Assembly (NCBI GenBank): GCA_963844715.1
Contig: CAWJPJ010000005.1
Coordinates: 128,001-192,000 of the forward strand
DNA: 64,000 bases
DNA from: an uncultured Phycisphaerales bacterium
Lineage (GTDB): Bacteria > Planctomycetota > Phycisphaerae > Tepidisphaerales > Tepidisphaeraceae
Direction of reading: 5' to 3'
A model generated the notes under the pieces. It searched no databases and was not told the DNA's origin. It saw nothing but the letters and a program-made list of their open reading frames with translations. A program made the position numbers and the translations under genes. Positions 30,485 to 41,089 of the stretch are shown here, one piece after another (the stretch's first letter is position 1; each line of letters begins with the position of its first letter).

Positions 30485-31908
30485 GCCGGTCTCCAATTAA
30501 AGAAGGTTGATTCCGCGCAACGCTCACTGGCTGTTTATCATCGACTGATTCGTTCCGAGCTTGTGCCGGCAGGGCGATCCAGAAGGCTGCGCCTTGTCCG
30601 GGTTTGGATTCGATCCAGAGTCGGCCGCCGTGCATCTTGATAATGCGGACGACGATCGCCAGACCCATGCCGCTGCCTTCCTTGTCGGTTCGCAGGCGCC
30701 GGAACGGCTGGAGAATCTGGGCGTGATGAGCGGGATCGATTCCGTTGCCGTTGTCTCGTACAAAGATTCGATGCTCTTTCGCGTCGCTGACTGCTCCAAT
30801 GGCAATGCGGGGTTGGATTGTCGCACCCGTATTTCATGGCATTGGTAATGAGATTTTCGAAGACTTCGGTCAGCCAATGGGCGTCGGCGCGAACCATGGG
30901 GAGGTTGGATTCGATCTCAAGGGTGGCGCCGATCTTCTGGAGCCGGGGTTTGAATTCCTCGCCAATGGAACGGATCACGGAATTGGTGTCGACATCGGTC
31001 AATTCGAATCGCACTTTTCCGATTCGGCTCAGGTTCAGCAGGTCTTCGATGAGCTGCCGCATGCGGGTCATCGAGCGTTCGATGCGATTGACGGTGTCCT
31101 TCGTTTGCTCGACGCGGCCCGCCTGGAGATCTTCGCGAAGCACGCCGGCCAGGCCAAGGCAGGTCACCACCGGACTCTTGAGGTCATGCGAAACAGTGTT
31201 GAGAAACTGCTCCATTTCCTCGTTCTTGGCTGCCAGCTCGGCGGTGCGCAGCTCGATGACGCCTTCGAGTTCGGCATGCACTTGCCGCAGCTCGAGTTCG
31301 GTTCGGCGGCGTTGGACGATCTCGTGCTGCAATTCAGCGGGGCTGCGAAGCTTGAGGGCCTGGGGCGCCAGGGGAATGAGAACGCCGGCGGTGGCCAGGG
31401 AGATGACGGCGGCGGCCGCCTTGGTCAAGCCTGTGAGCCGATAGGCGGGCCACCAGAACATCAGGGAATCCAACAAGTGGGTCATCCCGCCGGCGAAAAT
31501 GAAAAGCGCGAGCAGCCAAAAGAGTTTGGCGTAGGGAATCCCGGGCCGCTTTCGGCAGAGATATATCACGGCTCCTGATATCAAGAAGTACGCGATTGAA
31601 ATGGCGAAATCGGACGTGATATGCAGCCAGACATGACCGGTGGTCCAGTTTTCACTCTGCCAGCGCGGTTGAAAAGCCGTCGTGTCGAGCGCGTTGCGAA
31701 TGAACGTGATGGCGGAGTTGCCGGCGTCGGCGAGGCCGAGGCGCCCAATTTCCAACTGGACGTGAGTCGGAGCGACCGTCACGGGCGATCCGTGCGCGCC
31801 AGAGCCGGAGGAAAGTGCGGCGGACAGGCCTACCATAAAGGCGATGATCCGCGCGATGCCTCGTATCGGCGGCAAATGGCGGCGAAATAATTCTCCGACC
31901 CCAATCAT
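30474..31908 (-). CDS. Membrane histidine kinase with ethylene-receptor-like TM domain; indel at ~30810
   Basis: SDFAISIAYFLI...FIFAGGMTH...KAAAAVIS; SHDLKSP, NAMKY; DNGNGI and GSGMGL in the shifted frame. Confidence 0.88.
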
Positions 31909-31940
31909 GTAGGTGCTTCTCAGGACCGTCTCAACTCGAT

Positions 31941-32339
31941 CTACGCCGTGCTCGCTCCCTCTTCGGCAAGCCGATTCTCGATCGCCCCGCAAATTGCGGC
32001 GATGACCTGGGGGGCTTTGTAGGGCTTGCCGATGAACTGATTTGCGCCGGCGTCCAAAGCCGCCTGGCGGGCCGTCTCGTGCGAGAGCGCGGAGATCACG
32101 ATGATCGGCGTTGCGACCAGCTCCGGCTCGGCTCGCATGAGACGACAGACCTGGAGGCCGTCCATGCCGGGCATATTCACGTCCAGGACGATCACGCGCG
32201 GCCGCAGCCGTTTAGCGGCGGCCCAGCCATCCATCCCACAATACGCGGTGTGGATGCTGTATCCGCAAACCTCCAAACGGATGCGAAGCGCTTCGACCAG
32301 TCTCGGATCGTCGTCAATGATCAATACTTGGTCAGACAT
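31941..32339 (-). CDS. Single-domain response regulator
   Basis: VLIIDDD, VLDVNMPGMDG, FIGKPY. Confidence 0.9.
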   Translation of the reverse strand: MSDQVLIIDDDPRLVEALRIRLEVCGYSIHTAYCGMDGWAAAKRLRPRVIVLDVNMPGMDGLQVCRLMRAEPELVATPIIVISALSHETARQAALDAGANQFIGKPYKAPQVIAAICGAIENRLAEEGASTA

Positions 32340-32366
32340 GAGCCATCCTTGCGTTAAGTGCTTCCA

Positions 32367-33908
32367 TTAGCGGCTGTATGCAGTTCGGGTTCTATCGCTG
32401 TCGCGCGACCACGATCCGCCAACCTTGATTTCCAGCTCGGGACCCTGTTTCTCGATCGACCGATTAAATCGTGTCATTGCATCGCGAATTTTGTTGGACC
32501 AGACCGTGGTGTCCCGGGACAGGCCCACGGCGTTTACGCCGTTCTGCTCGGGGTCCTCCAGGATCAGATCCATGGGTCGGCAGCAGGAAGAAATCACCCG
32601 GCGCAAAGTCGAGACATCGGTGTCGGGCGGGGCGGCGATCTGCAGCAAGCGAACCTCGCCGATCTCTTCAAGCACGCCGAGGCAATCGATGAAGCGGGCG
32701 AGAATCCGGGAGAGGTCATCGCCGGGCAACGTGAATCCGAAGGTGCTTCCCTTGCCCGGCTCGCTTTGGACATCGACGGTGCCCAGGTTGAGCCAGGTCA
32801 ATTGTTTGACAATGCTTAAACCGAGTCCGAATCCCTTCGTGCCGGCCAGTTGCGGCTCTTCAAGCTGCTTGAACCGCTCGAAAATAACCTCCAGATCTTC
32901 GGGCCTCATTCCGGGGCCCCGGTCGGTCACGGCGATGCGTACGTCGCCGTCATCGGTCGGCGCGGCGGACAATTCTATTGAGCCGCCCTGCGGCGATACC
33001 TTGATGGCGTTGACCGCCAGATTGATCAGCACTCGTCCGATTTTGGAAAGATCCCCAAAGAATCTTCCAGCGTCCTGGGAAACCGATTGCCTGATGGAAG
33101 CGTCTTTGGGCTTGGCCCGGACCTCGAGCAGGGGGACGACGGACTCGAATAATTCCTGAACCGTGTGCGAGGCGCGGTCGATCGCAAGCGCCTGCGCCTT
33201 CAGCTTGCTGGAATCCAGGAAGTCGTCGACCATTTCGGCCATATCGTGAGTTGCCTCGGAAATGGTCTCGAGATGCTTAACCTGACGAGGATTGACCGGG
33301 CCGCACAAACCCTCGGCGAGAATCGAGGCGTACTGATCGATGACCGTCAGCGGCGTGCGCAGATCGTGCGCGACGTCGTCGACGAAATGATGCGCCGTTT
33401 CGGTCAGTTCCTTGAGTCGCTCGTTCTTGGCCTCCAATTCGACATTGACGAGCTTGAGTTTGCGCGTGAGGGTGCTGTTTCGGGCTTCGAGGCGGTATCG
33501 ATGGACGGCTTCCCGGATGGTGCGCCCGAGGCGCTGATCGTCGGAAATGATGTCGGCCTTGGCCATGTAATCGGAAATGCCGGCTCGAAATGCCGCCGCG
33601 GCGATTTTCGCGTCATTCTGATTGGTGAGCAGAATAACCGGGCCGACGTTGGCCTTGACCAGATTGGGAATGAAATCCAGCCCCGTGCAGCCGGGCATGT
33701 TGTAATCGATGAAGACGACGGAGATTCCCTCGGCGGGCAGACTGACGGTCGCCTCGACCGGGTCTGAAAAGATGTGGATTTTAACCGGCCCCGAGGGGGC
33801 GTACTCCGCCTGCTGCGATTGCAATCTGCGCTCCACGACATGGAGAAAATCCAGGTCGTCGTCGATCAGGACGATGGAGCGAACAACCGTCGTGTCGTTG
33901 GATGCCAT
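32367..33908 (-). CDS. Receiver-histidine kinase hybrid
   Basis: VLIDDD...IDYNMP; AHDLRTPL, NAIK, DRGPGM, GFGLGL. Confidence 0.9.
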   Translation of the reverse strand: MASNDTTVVRSIVLIDDDLDFLHVVERRLQSQQAEYAPSGPVKIHIFSDPVEATVSLPAEGISVVFIDYNMPGCTGLDFIPNLVKANVGPVILLTNQNDAKIAAAAFRAGISDYMAKADIISDDQRLGRTIREAVHRYRLEARNSTLTRKLKLVNVELEAKNERLKELTETAHHFVDDVAHDLRTPLTVIDQYASILAEGLCGPVNPRQVKHLETISEATHDMAEMVDDFLDSSKLKAQALAIDRASHTVQELFESVVPLLEVRAKPKDASIRQSVSQDAGRFFGDLSKIGRVLINLAVNAIKVSPQGGSIELSAAPTDDGDVRIAVTDRGPGMRPEDLEVIFERFKQLEEPQLAGTKGFGLGLSIVKQLTWLNLGTVDVQSEPGKGSTFGFTLPGDDLSRILARFIDCLGVLEEIGEVRLLQIAAPPDTDVSTLRRVISSCCRPMDLILEDPEQNGVNAVGLSRDTTVWSNKIRDAMTRFNRSIEKQGPELEIKVGGSWSRDSDRTRTAYSR

Positions 33909-33913
33909 CGTTT

Positions 33914-34408
33914 TCACCCCGTGAACTGGGAGGGCTCTGGTTCCGGAGATACCTGGAATCCGGGTTTGCATTCCGCGGAAGTTCCAGCGGCGGAACAGGC
34001 GCACCTGCCCTTGGAAGCCGAGTCGATCATCTTTAACAGCGCGGTGAGATTGAGCGGCTTGTGGATCAGTCCGAACGCGCCCAATTCCTCGGCCCGCAAC
34101 GCGAGCTGCGACGAGTTGTCCCCCGTCATGAAGATGACCGGGATTCCCGCAAGCTCGGGAAGCTTGCGCAAGCGTTCGATGATCCCGAAGCCGTCTCCTT
34201 TGGAACTCAGGATGTTTCGGCGTTCGACGTCCATTCGGATGTCGAGCACCATCACATCAGGTTTTTGCGTCTCGGCGTACGCGACCGCCAAGTCGGCGTT
34301 CGTGCAGGTCACAACTTCAATCCCGTAGGCTTGAAGCTGGATCTGCAGAACGGAAAGGAGACTCTCTTTATCATCCGCGATCAGAACCTTCACTTTGTCC
34401 ATATTCAT
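33914..34408 (-). CDS. Single-domain response regulator
   Basis: VLIADD, VLDIRM, FMTG, IHKPL. Confidence 0.88.
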   Translation of the reverse strand: MNMDKVKVLIADDKESLLSVLQIQLQAYGIEVVTCTNADLAVAYAETQKPDVMVLDIRMDVERRNILSSKGDGFGIIERLRKLPELAGIPVIFMTGDNSSQLALRAEELGAFGLIHKPLNLTALLKMIDSASKGRCACSAAGTSAECKPGFQVSPEPEPSQFTG

Positions 34409-34462
34409 ACCTCGAGGTTGAAGTCTTGCTCCTTATCCCATCGTTAGCGTGTTGAATCGGGT

Positions 34463-35705
34463 TTAGTTGATAGACGCGTTATTCGCCCTTTCGGATTGAT
34501 GGAGTGCCTCATCCTTGTTGGAAGATTCTGCCTTTGCAGGCGCGGCGCCTGGCGTTGCGAAGGGGTCGGGGCGGGAGACGGATTGCAGGACGTCCCCTAT
34601 CTCTTTTGCGGCCGCGACAACTTTGTCCAACTCCGCCAAATGGTCGCGGTCGCCGGTCGATTCCAACTGCTCGCGGAGGCGGCGGAAGTTCTCGCCGGCA
34701 TCGCTGAAGCGGGAAACAAACTTCAACATGTGAAGATTGTCGGCTTCCATGGCGGTCTGGTCGTTAAATGTGACCAGCACGCCCAGAGGGGTTCCATCGG
34801 GCGCGGGAATTGGCGATGCGTTGACGTTCAGGCGATGCGTGTGACGGCTGCCGACCTGGAGGCGCATCGATACGCCCCGCTGGCGCAGATTGGTCTGCTT
34901 GGCGGCTTTCCAGGGGAATAGCTCCGCATCCGCCTCGTCGTTGTCGGTCAACCAGGGCAACGAGGAAAGTGTGCGCCCGATCAATCTCTCCATGGGCAAA
35001 AAGGCCGTGCGGGCGAAGGATTCGTTGGCCATGACGATCTGGTCCTGCATGTCGAGAATCGCCATGCCTTCGACCAGCGTGTCCATCATCAGTTGCATGC
35101 GCTCGGGCACGGCGGCGGTGGGATCGAGTGTTCTGAGCATGCGCGACAGGAATATCCAGAAAAGCAGGAATACGCCGGCAAGGATGAACGTGTTGGACTG
35201 CACGGAGGGAGTGCGCCACCAGGCGAGCCAGGTTGCCGGGCGGGGCAGCGGCGCAAAGGCGATTTCCAACTCTCCCCAAGGTTTGCGCCCTTGATACAAC
35301 GCCACCTGAACGTGCGTCGGCGTGTTGGCGGATGACGCGGCCAGAGCCCAATATTTCTCGTGGCCGGCGGTCTGCATGACGAGGGTTCCATCGCGCTGCG
35401 CAGCCCGATCGACTGCAGGTCGGAATACCGCTGAACCATTGAGTCGAAGAAGCCGCCGGCGAAGCCATAGTTGTCATGGGCGATGGCGGAGGCCGCCTCC
35501 GAGGACGCCATCTCGGCCAGGAGCATTCGCTTTTGAAGGGACGCGTCGTCGGCATCCGGAAGAAGCGCAGTGCCTGTGCAAAAAGCAATACGCAACTCGT
35601 CAGAAGGACCAGACCCAGGACCATCTGCATGGGAGTCTGCACGCCGGCGCGCTCGAGCCAGCTTTGCGGCGAAATCCACGTTTTGTAGAACTGGCGAAGT
35701 CTCAT
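34463..35705 (-). CDS. Membrane PAS-domain protein; indels at ~35570 and ~35390
   Basis: Two TM segments; TLDPTAAVPER...DTLVEGMAILD..IVMANESF PAS; ATG overlaps the adhesin stop. Confidence 0.75.
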
Positions 35706-38700
35706 CTCAGCAACATTCCCAAAGTCGATGTGTCATCCTTGCCGGTCGCGTTTCGTTTCTTTCCTGGGCCCCGCCAGGACTTCAGAATCGGCACGGGGTC
35801 GAACCAGTGCCATTCAGGAAGGGTCGCCATGACGCCGGCCAGCATCGATCCGGGAAGCAGCAATCCCGCGACGACACCGGCGGTGATCGAAACTGTTGCA
35901 AATAGGACGCTTCTTGAAACCGTCGCTCCCGAGGAGAAGCCGGTCAGTTGTGCCGTGCCGGAGCCAATCGGCGCTCGCGGCGCTTGCGCGGCCGGGGGTT
36001 TGGCCGCCGGCGCGGTTACGAGTTTTGGAGGCGCGGGCGTCGGATCCGCGGCGGCGAAATTCTGCGTCGGCACTACCGGCACCGGAACGGGCGTCGGTCC
36101 CGGAGTCGGTCCGGGTGGAATTGGAATGACTGGCGGAATCGGGATCACCGGGGGAATCGGGACCACGGGCGGCGTCGGATTAATCGGCGGTGTCGGCACG
36201 ATGGGAGCGACGACCGGCTGGCCGACGGTCACCGCAGCGGTCCCGCTGACGAGAAGGCCGGCGCGGCGCGGACAGTCGCGGTTCCGGCGCTCCCCGGCGC
36301 GGTGTATAGCCCGCTGGAATTGATGTTGCCGACTCCAAGAGGATCGATCGACCAGATAAAGCTCGGCTGGGTAGCCATCGGATCGCCGAATTGATCGAGC
36401 GCGGTCGCGTTGAATTGCTGGGTCGCGCCGGCGTCGAGATTCGCGGTTGCGGGGCTCACCGTGACGCTCGTGGTCGTCTGTTCGACGGTGACGTTCACGC
36501 TGCTGGTCGTGCTTTGAATGCCATCCGAAATGGTCACGGTGAACGTGTAATTGCCGGCCTTATTGAACGTGACAAGGGAGACTTTCGAGGCGTTAGTGCC
36601 ATTGGCGCTGAAGGCCGGATCGGATCCGGCCGGTGAATTGGTCGCCAGCCAGGTGTAGGTGAGGCTTGCTTCGCCTTGCTCGTCACCGCCGAGCACACTC
36701 AGGAAGGTGGTTGTGCCGGTCACGGGGTTTGGCGTCGCGGATGCGGCGATGACCACGGTGGGCGGTGTGTCGCTGACGGTGACGGCTGCCGTGCCGCTGA
36801 TCAATACGTCGGCCGTGGCGCGAACGGTCGCGGTGCCCGTTGAATTCGGCGCGGTGTATAGGCCGTTGGAATTGACGCTGCCCACGCCCAGCGGATCGAT
36901 CGACCAGGTGAATGTGGGTTGAGTCGCCATGGCGCTCCCGAACTGGTCGAGGGCCGTGGCGGTGAATTGCTGGGTGGCATTGGGGAGGAGGCCGACGTTT
37001 GCCGGGGCAACGGTCACACTTGTGAATGTTTGATTGACGGTGACGTTCACGCTGCTGGTGGTCGAGAGCGATCCATCGCTGATGGTCGCGGTGAAGGTGT
37101 AATCCCCGGCCATGTTGAAAGTGACGACGGAGACTTGCGAGGCGTTGGTGCCGTTATCGCTGAAGACGGGATCGGATCCGGCCGGTGAACTGGTGGCGGA
37201 CCAGGTGTAAGTAAGGTCGAGCCCGGCGTCGGCGTCGGTCCCGAGGACGCTCAGCGTCGTAGTCGTGCCATTGACCGGGTTGGGAGTGGCGCTGGCCGCG
37301 ACAAGCACCGTTGGCGGTGTATTGCTGACGGTTACGGAAGCCGTGCCGATGTCGATGGTATCGGCCGTCCCGAGCACCGTGGCCGTGCCGGAAGTTGCCG
37401 GCGCCGTGTACAGGCCCGTGGAACTGATGCTGCCGGCGCTGAGGGGCGCCAGGGACCAGGTGAACGTGGGCTGCGTGTCCATCGCGTTTCCGAATTGGTC
37501 CAAGGCCGTGGCCGTGAACTGCTTGGTGGCGTTGGGGAGCAGAGTGACGGTTGCCGGAGTGACGCTTACGCGTGTCAGAGTCTGGTTGACGACAACGTTC
37601 ACGCTGCTGGTCGTGCTGAGGGACCCGTTCGAAATGGTCGCGGTGAAAGTGTAATCCCCGGCCATGTTGAAAGTGACGACGGAGACCGCTGAGAGGGCGG
37701 TCCCGTTGTCGCTGAATACGGGGTCGGAGCCCGCGGGGGAACTGGTGGCGGACCACGTATAAGTGAGATCGAGCCCGGCATCGGAATCGGTCCCGAGAAC
37801 GCTGAGTGTCGTCGTGGTTCCAGTTACCGGGTTGGGATTCGCCGATGCGGCGACTAGCACCGTTGGCGGCGTGGCGGCCACGGTTACCGAAGCCATTCCG
37901 ATGTCGATGGTGTTCGCAGTCGCGAGCACTGTCGCCGATCCGGAGTTTGCCGGCGCGGTGTATAAGCCTGACGAACTGATGGTGCCGGAGCTGAGGGCGC
38001 GAGCGACCAGGTGAACGTCGGCTGCGTATCCATCGCGTTTCCGAATTGGTCCAAAGCCGTGGCCGTGAACTGCTGGGTGGCGTTTGGAACCAAATCGGCG
38101 CTAGCGGGCGTGACGGTGACAGTCGTCACAGTTTGCTCGACCGTGACGTTCACACTGCTTGTCGTGCTAAGGGAGCCGTTCGAAATGGTCGCGGTGAAAG
38201 TGTAATCCCCGGCCATGTTGAAAGTGACGACGGACACCGCTGAGAGGGCGGTTCCGTTGTCGCTGAAGGTGGGGTCGGAGCCGGCGGGCGAGCTGGTCGC
38301 GGACCAGGTGTAAGTGAGATCAAGCCCGGCGTCGGCGTCTGTGCCAAGAACGCTTAGCGTTGTGGTCGTTCCGGTTACGGGGTTGGGAGTCGCGGCGGCG
38401 GCGACCAGCACCGTCGGCGGCGTGGCGGTGACGGTTACGGAAGCGGTGCCGATATCGATGGTGTTGGCGGTTGCCAGCACTGTGGCCGTGCCGGAGGTCG
38501 CGGGCGCGGTGTACAAACCGGAGGAGCTGATGGTACCGTCGCTGAGGGGCGCGAGGGACCAGGTGAACGAGGGTTGCGTGTCCATCGCGTTGCCGAATTG
38601 ATCTAAAGCGGTCGCGGTGAACTGCTGGGTGGCGTTGGGAAGCAAATTCGCACTGGCCGGCGTGACGCTGACGGTGGTCAGAGTTTGCTCAACCGTGACG

Positions 38701-39712
38701 TTCACGCTGCTGGTTGTGCTGACCGTCCCGTCGGAAATCGTCACTGTGAATGTGTAGTTCCCCGCCCGGTTGAAAGTGACGACCGAGACTTGCGAAAGAT
38801 TGGTTCCGTTGTCGCTGAACATCGGATCCGCGCCGTTCGGCAACGCCGTCGCCGCCCAAGTGTAGGTGAGATCGAGCCCGGCATCGGAGTCGGTCCCCAG
38901 AGCGCTGAGCGTGGTCGTTGTGCTGGTCACGGGATTGGGAACTGCCGTCGCGGCGAGCAGTATCGTCGGAGGCGGGTTGCTGGAGACGGACACTGAAGCG
39001 GTTCCGATGTCGATAGTATTGGCGGTGGCGAGCACCGTAGCGGTGCCGGAAGTCGCGGGCGCGGTGTATAGGCCTGTGGAACTGATGGTACCGGCACTCA
39101 GGGGCGCCAGCGACCATGTGAACGACGGCTGCGTGTCCATCGCGTTGCCAAATTGGTCGAGGGCCGTGGCGGCGAACTGCTGGGTCGTGCTGGGAAGAAG
39201 ATCGACCGTTGCGGGAGTGACAGTGACGGTCGTCAGCGTTTGCTCAACCGTCACATCCACGCTGCTGGTGGTGCTGAGGGCGCCATTCGAAATGGTAGCG
39301 GTGAAGGTGTAGTCGCCCGCCATGTCGAATGTGACGACGGACACGTCCGAAAGATCGGTGCCGTTGGTACTGAAAGTGGGATCGGACCCCGTGGGTGAAC
39401 TGGTGGCGGACCAGGTGTAGGTAAGGTCTAGCCCGGCGTCGGAATCGGTCCCGAGAACGCTGAGTGTGGTCGTTGTTCCAGTGACAGGATTGGGAAGAGC
39501 CGACGCGGCGACCAGCACCGTCGGCGGCGAGGCGGTGACGGTTACGGAAGCGGTGCCGATATCAATCGTGTTGGCGGTCGCCAGCACTGTGGCCGTCCCG
39601 GACGTTGCCGGCGCGGTGTAGAGGCCCGTGGAACTGATCGTGCCGGCACTCAGCGGCGCCAGGGACCAGGTGAACGAGGGCTGCGTGTCCATCGAATTGC
39701 CAAATTGATCTA

Positions 39713-41089
39713 GCAGGACGCTGAAAAACTCGGGAGTTGGCGCATTTTCCTGTCTGTTGGCCGCTTTTCAATGGCGGGTTCCATCTCGGATCGTTCCAAG
39801 GGCTTCAGTTCGTTCGAGTTCGTTGGCGGATTGCATGCCCAGGTTGAGTTTCACACGGTACTCAGGTTGCGCATCCGGATCAGATTGAACGCCGCCCCGG
39901 CCAGGTGGGCCTGCTGGCCGGTTTTTGAATGTCCGATCAACCGGGTGCGATACAGGCCGCCGATCGTCTTGGCCCAGCCGATCCATTCCTCGATCTTCTT
40001 GCGGCAACGCTGGCTGATGGCGTAACCGAGGGTCTTGGCGCGCCGACGCATCCGCTGGCGGGCCGCGATGTTGGCTCGGTTCTTCCAGCGATAGGCGGCG
40101 GTGTCGCCGCCGATCTTGCCCTCCTTCACCGCCACGTGCGGACGGATTCTTCTTCGCTCCAGCCCACGCAACAGCGGACCCTGGTCGTACCCCTTGTCGG
40201 CCCCAACCGTCTTGGGTTTGAGCCCAAAACGTTTCTTGACCCGATCGATCAGCGACAACGCGGTGACCGGCTCGCTGTTCTCCAGCGGCGAGTTGACTTC
40301 CACCGCCAGCACCAGCCCGTGGCGGTTCTCCACGATCGCGTGCAGCGCATGGCTGAGCAACGCCGGCTTGCCGTCGCTCTTGCGGACCAGCTTCGCGTCG
40401 GAATCGGTGGTTGATTCGTGGGTGTCGTTGGACCGCTTCTGGCCGTGGAAGTCCACCTCGGCGTTGCGGCCCTTAAAACCGTTGTTATCTCCCGCATCAT
40501 TGTCTTTTTTGTCCTTTTCATCCCTGGGTTTGAAGCTCTTGATCGACGCATACGCCTCGATCAGCGAGCCATCCACCGAGAAGTGGTCGGGGCTGACCAG
40601 TCCCGCGGCGATGGCCCGACGCACCGTGCCGTCGAAAAACGCGCCGATCAGCCCGTGCTCTTCCAGCCGCCCGCGATTGTGCGAGAAGACGGTGGCGTCG
40701 AATACCTCTTCGTCGATCCGCAGGTCCAAAAACCAACGGAACAGCAGGTCGTGATCAATCCGTTCCACGAGCTGCGCCTCGGAGCGAATCGAATAGATCG
40801 ATTGCAAAAGCAACGCCTTGATCAGCCGCTCCGGCGGCACGCTGGGCCGGCCTTCGGCCGCGTAGGCGGCATCAAAACGCCGACTCATGGCCTTCAAGTC
40901 TTCATCGACCATGCGCTTCACGGCCCGCAGCGGATGATCAGGACGGACGCGTTGTTCCAGATCGATGGCCGCGATGAACAAAATGGATTGGGGATCGGCC
41001 TTGCCTCGCATGAATGACCTCCGTGTCTGGGTGTCACACAGTTCAGCGCCACCGAGAACATTCGTCAAGAGGGTTTTTCAGCGTCCTGC
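39713..41089 (-). mobile_element. IS5-family element (1377 bp, single ORF)
   Basis: TIRs GCAGGACGCTGAAAAAC / GTTTTTCAGCGTCCTGC with TA duplication. Confidence 0.93.
39851..41011 (-). CDS. IS5-family DDE transposase
   Basis: MRG...DHPLR, GRPSVPPERL, FSVDGSLIEA, GADKGYD, RKKIEE. Confidence 0.93.
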   Translation of the reverse strand: MRGKADPQSILFIAAIDLEQRVRPDHPLRAVKRMVDEDLKAMSRRFDAAYAAEGRPSVPPERLIKALLLQSIYSIRSEAQLVERIDHDLLFRWFLDLRIDEEVFDATVFSHNRGRLEEHGLIGAFFDGTVRRAIAAGLVSPDHFSVDGSLIEAYASIKSFKPRDEKDKKDNDAGDNNGFKGRNAEVDFHGQKRSNDTHESTTDSDAKLVRKSDGKPALLSHALHAIVENRHGLVLAVEVNSPLENSEPVTALSLIDRVKKRFGLKPKTVGADKGYDQGPLLRGLERRRIRPHVAVKEGKIGGDTAAYRWKNRANIAARQRMRRRAKTLGYAISQRCRKKIEEWIGWAKTIGGLYRTRLIGHSKTGQQAHLAGAAFNLIRMRNLSTV

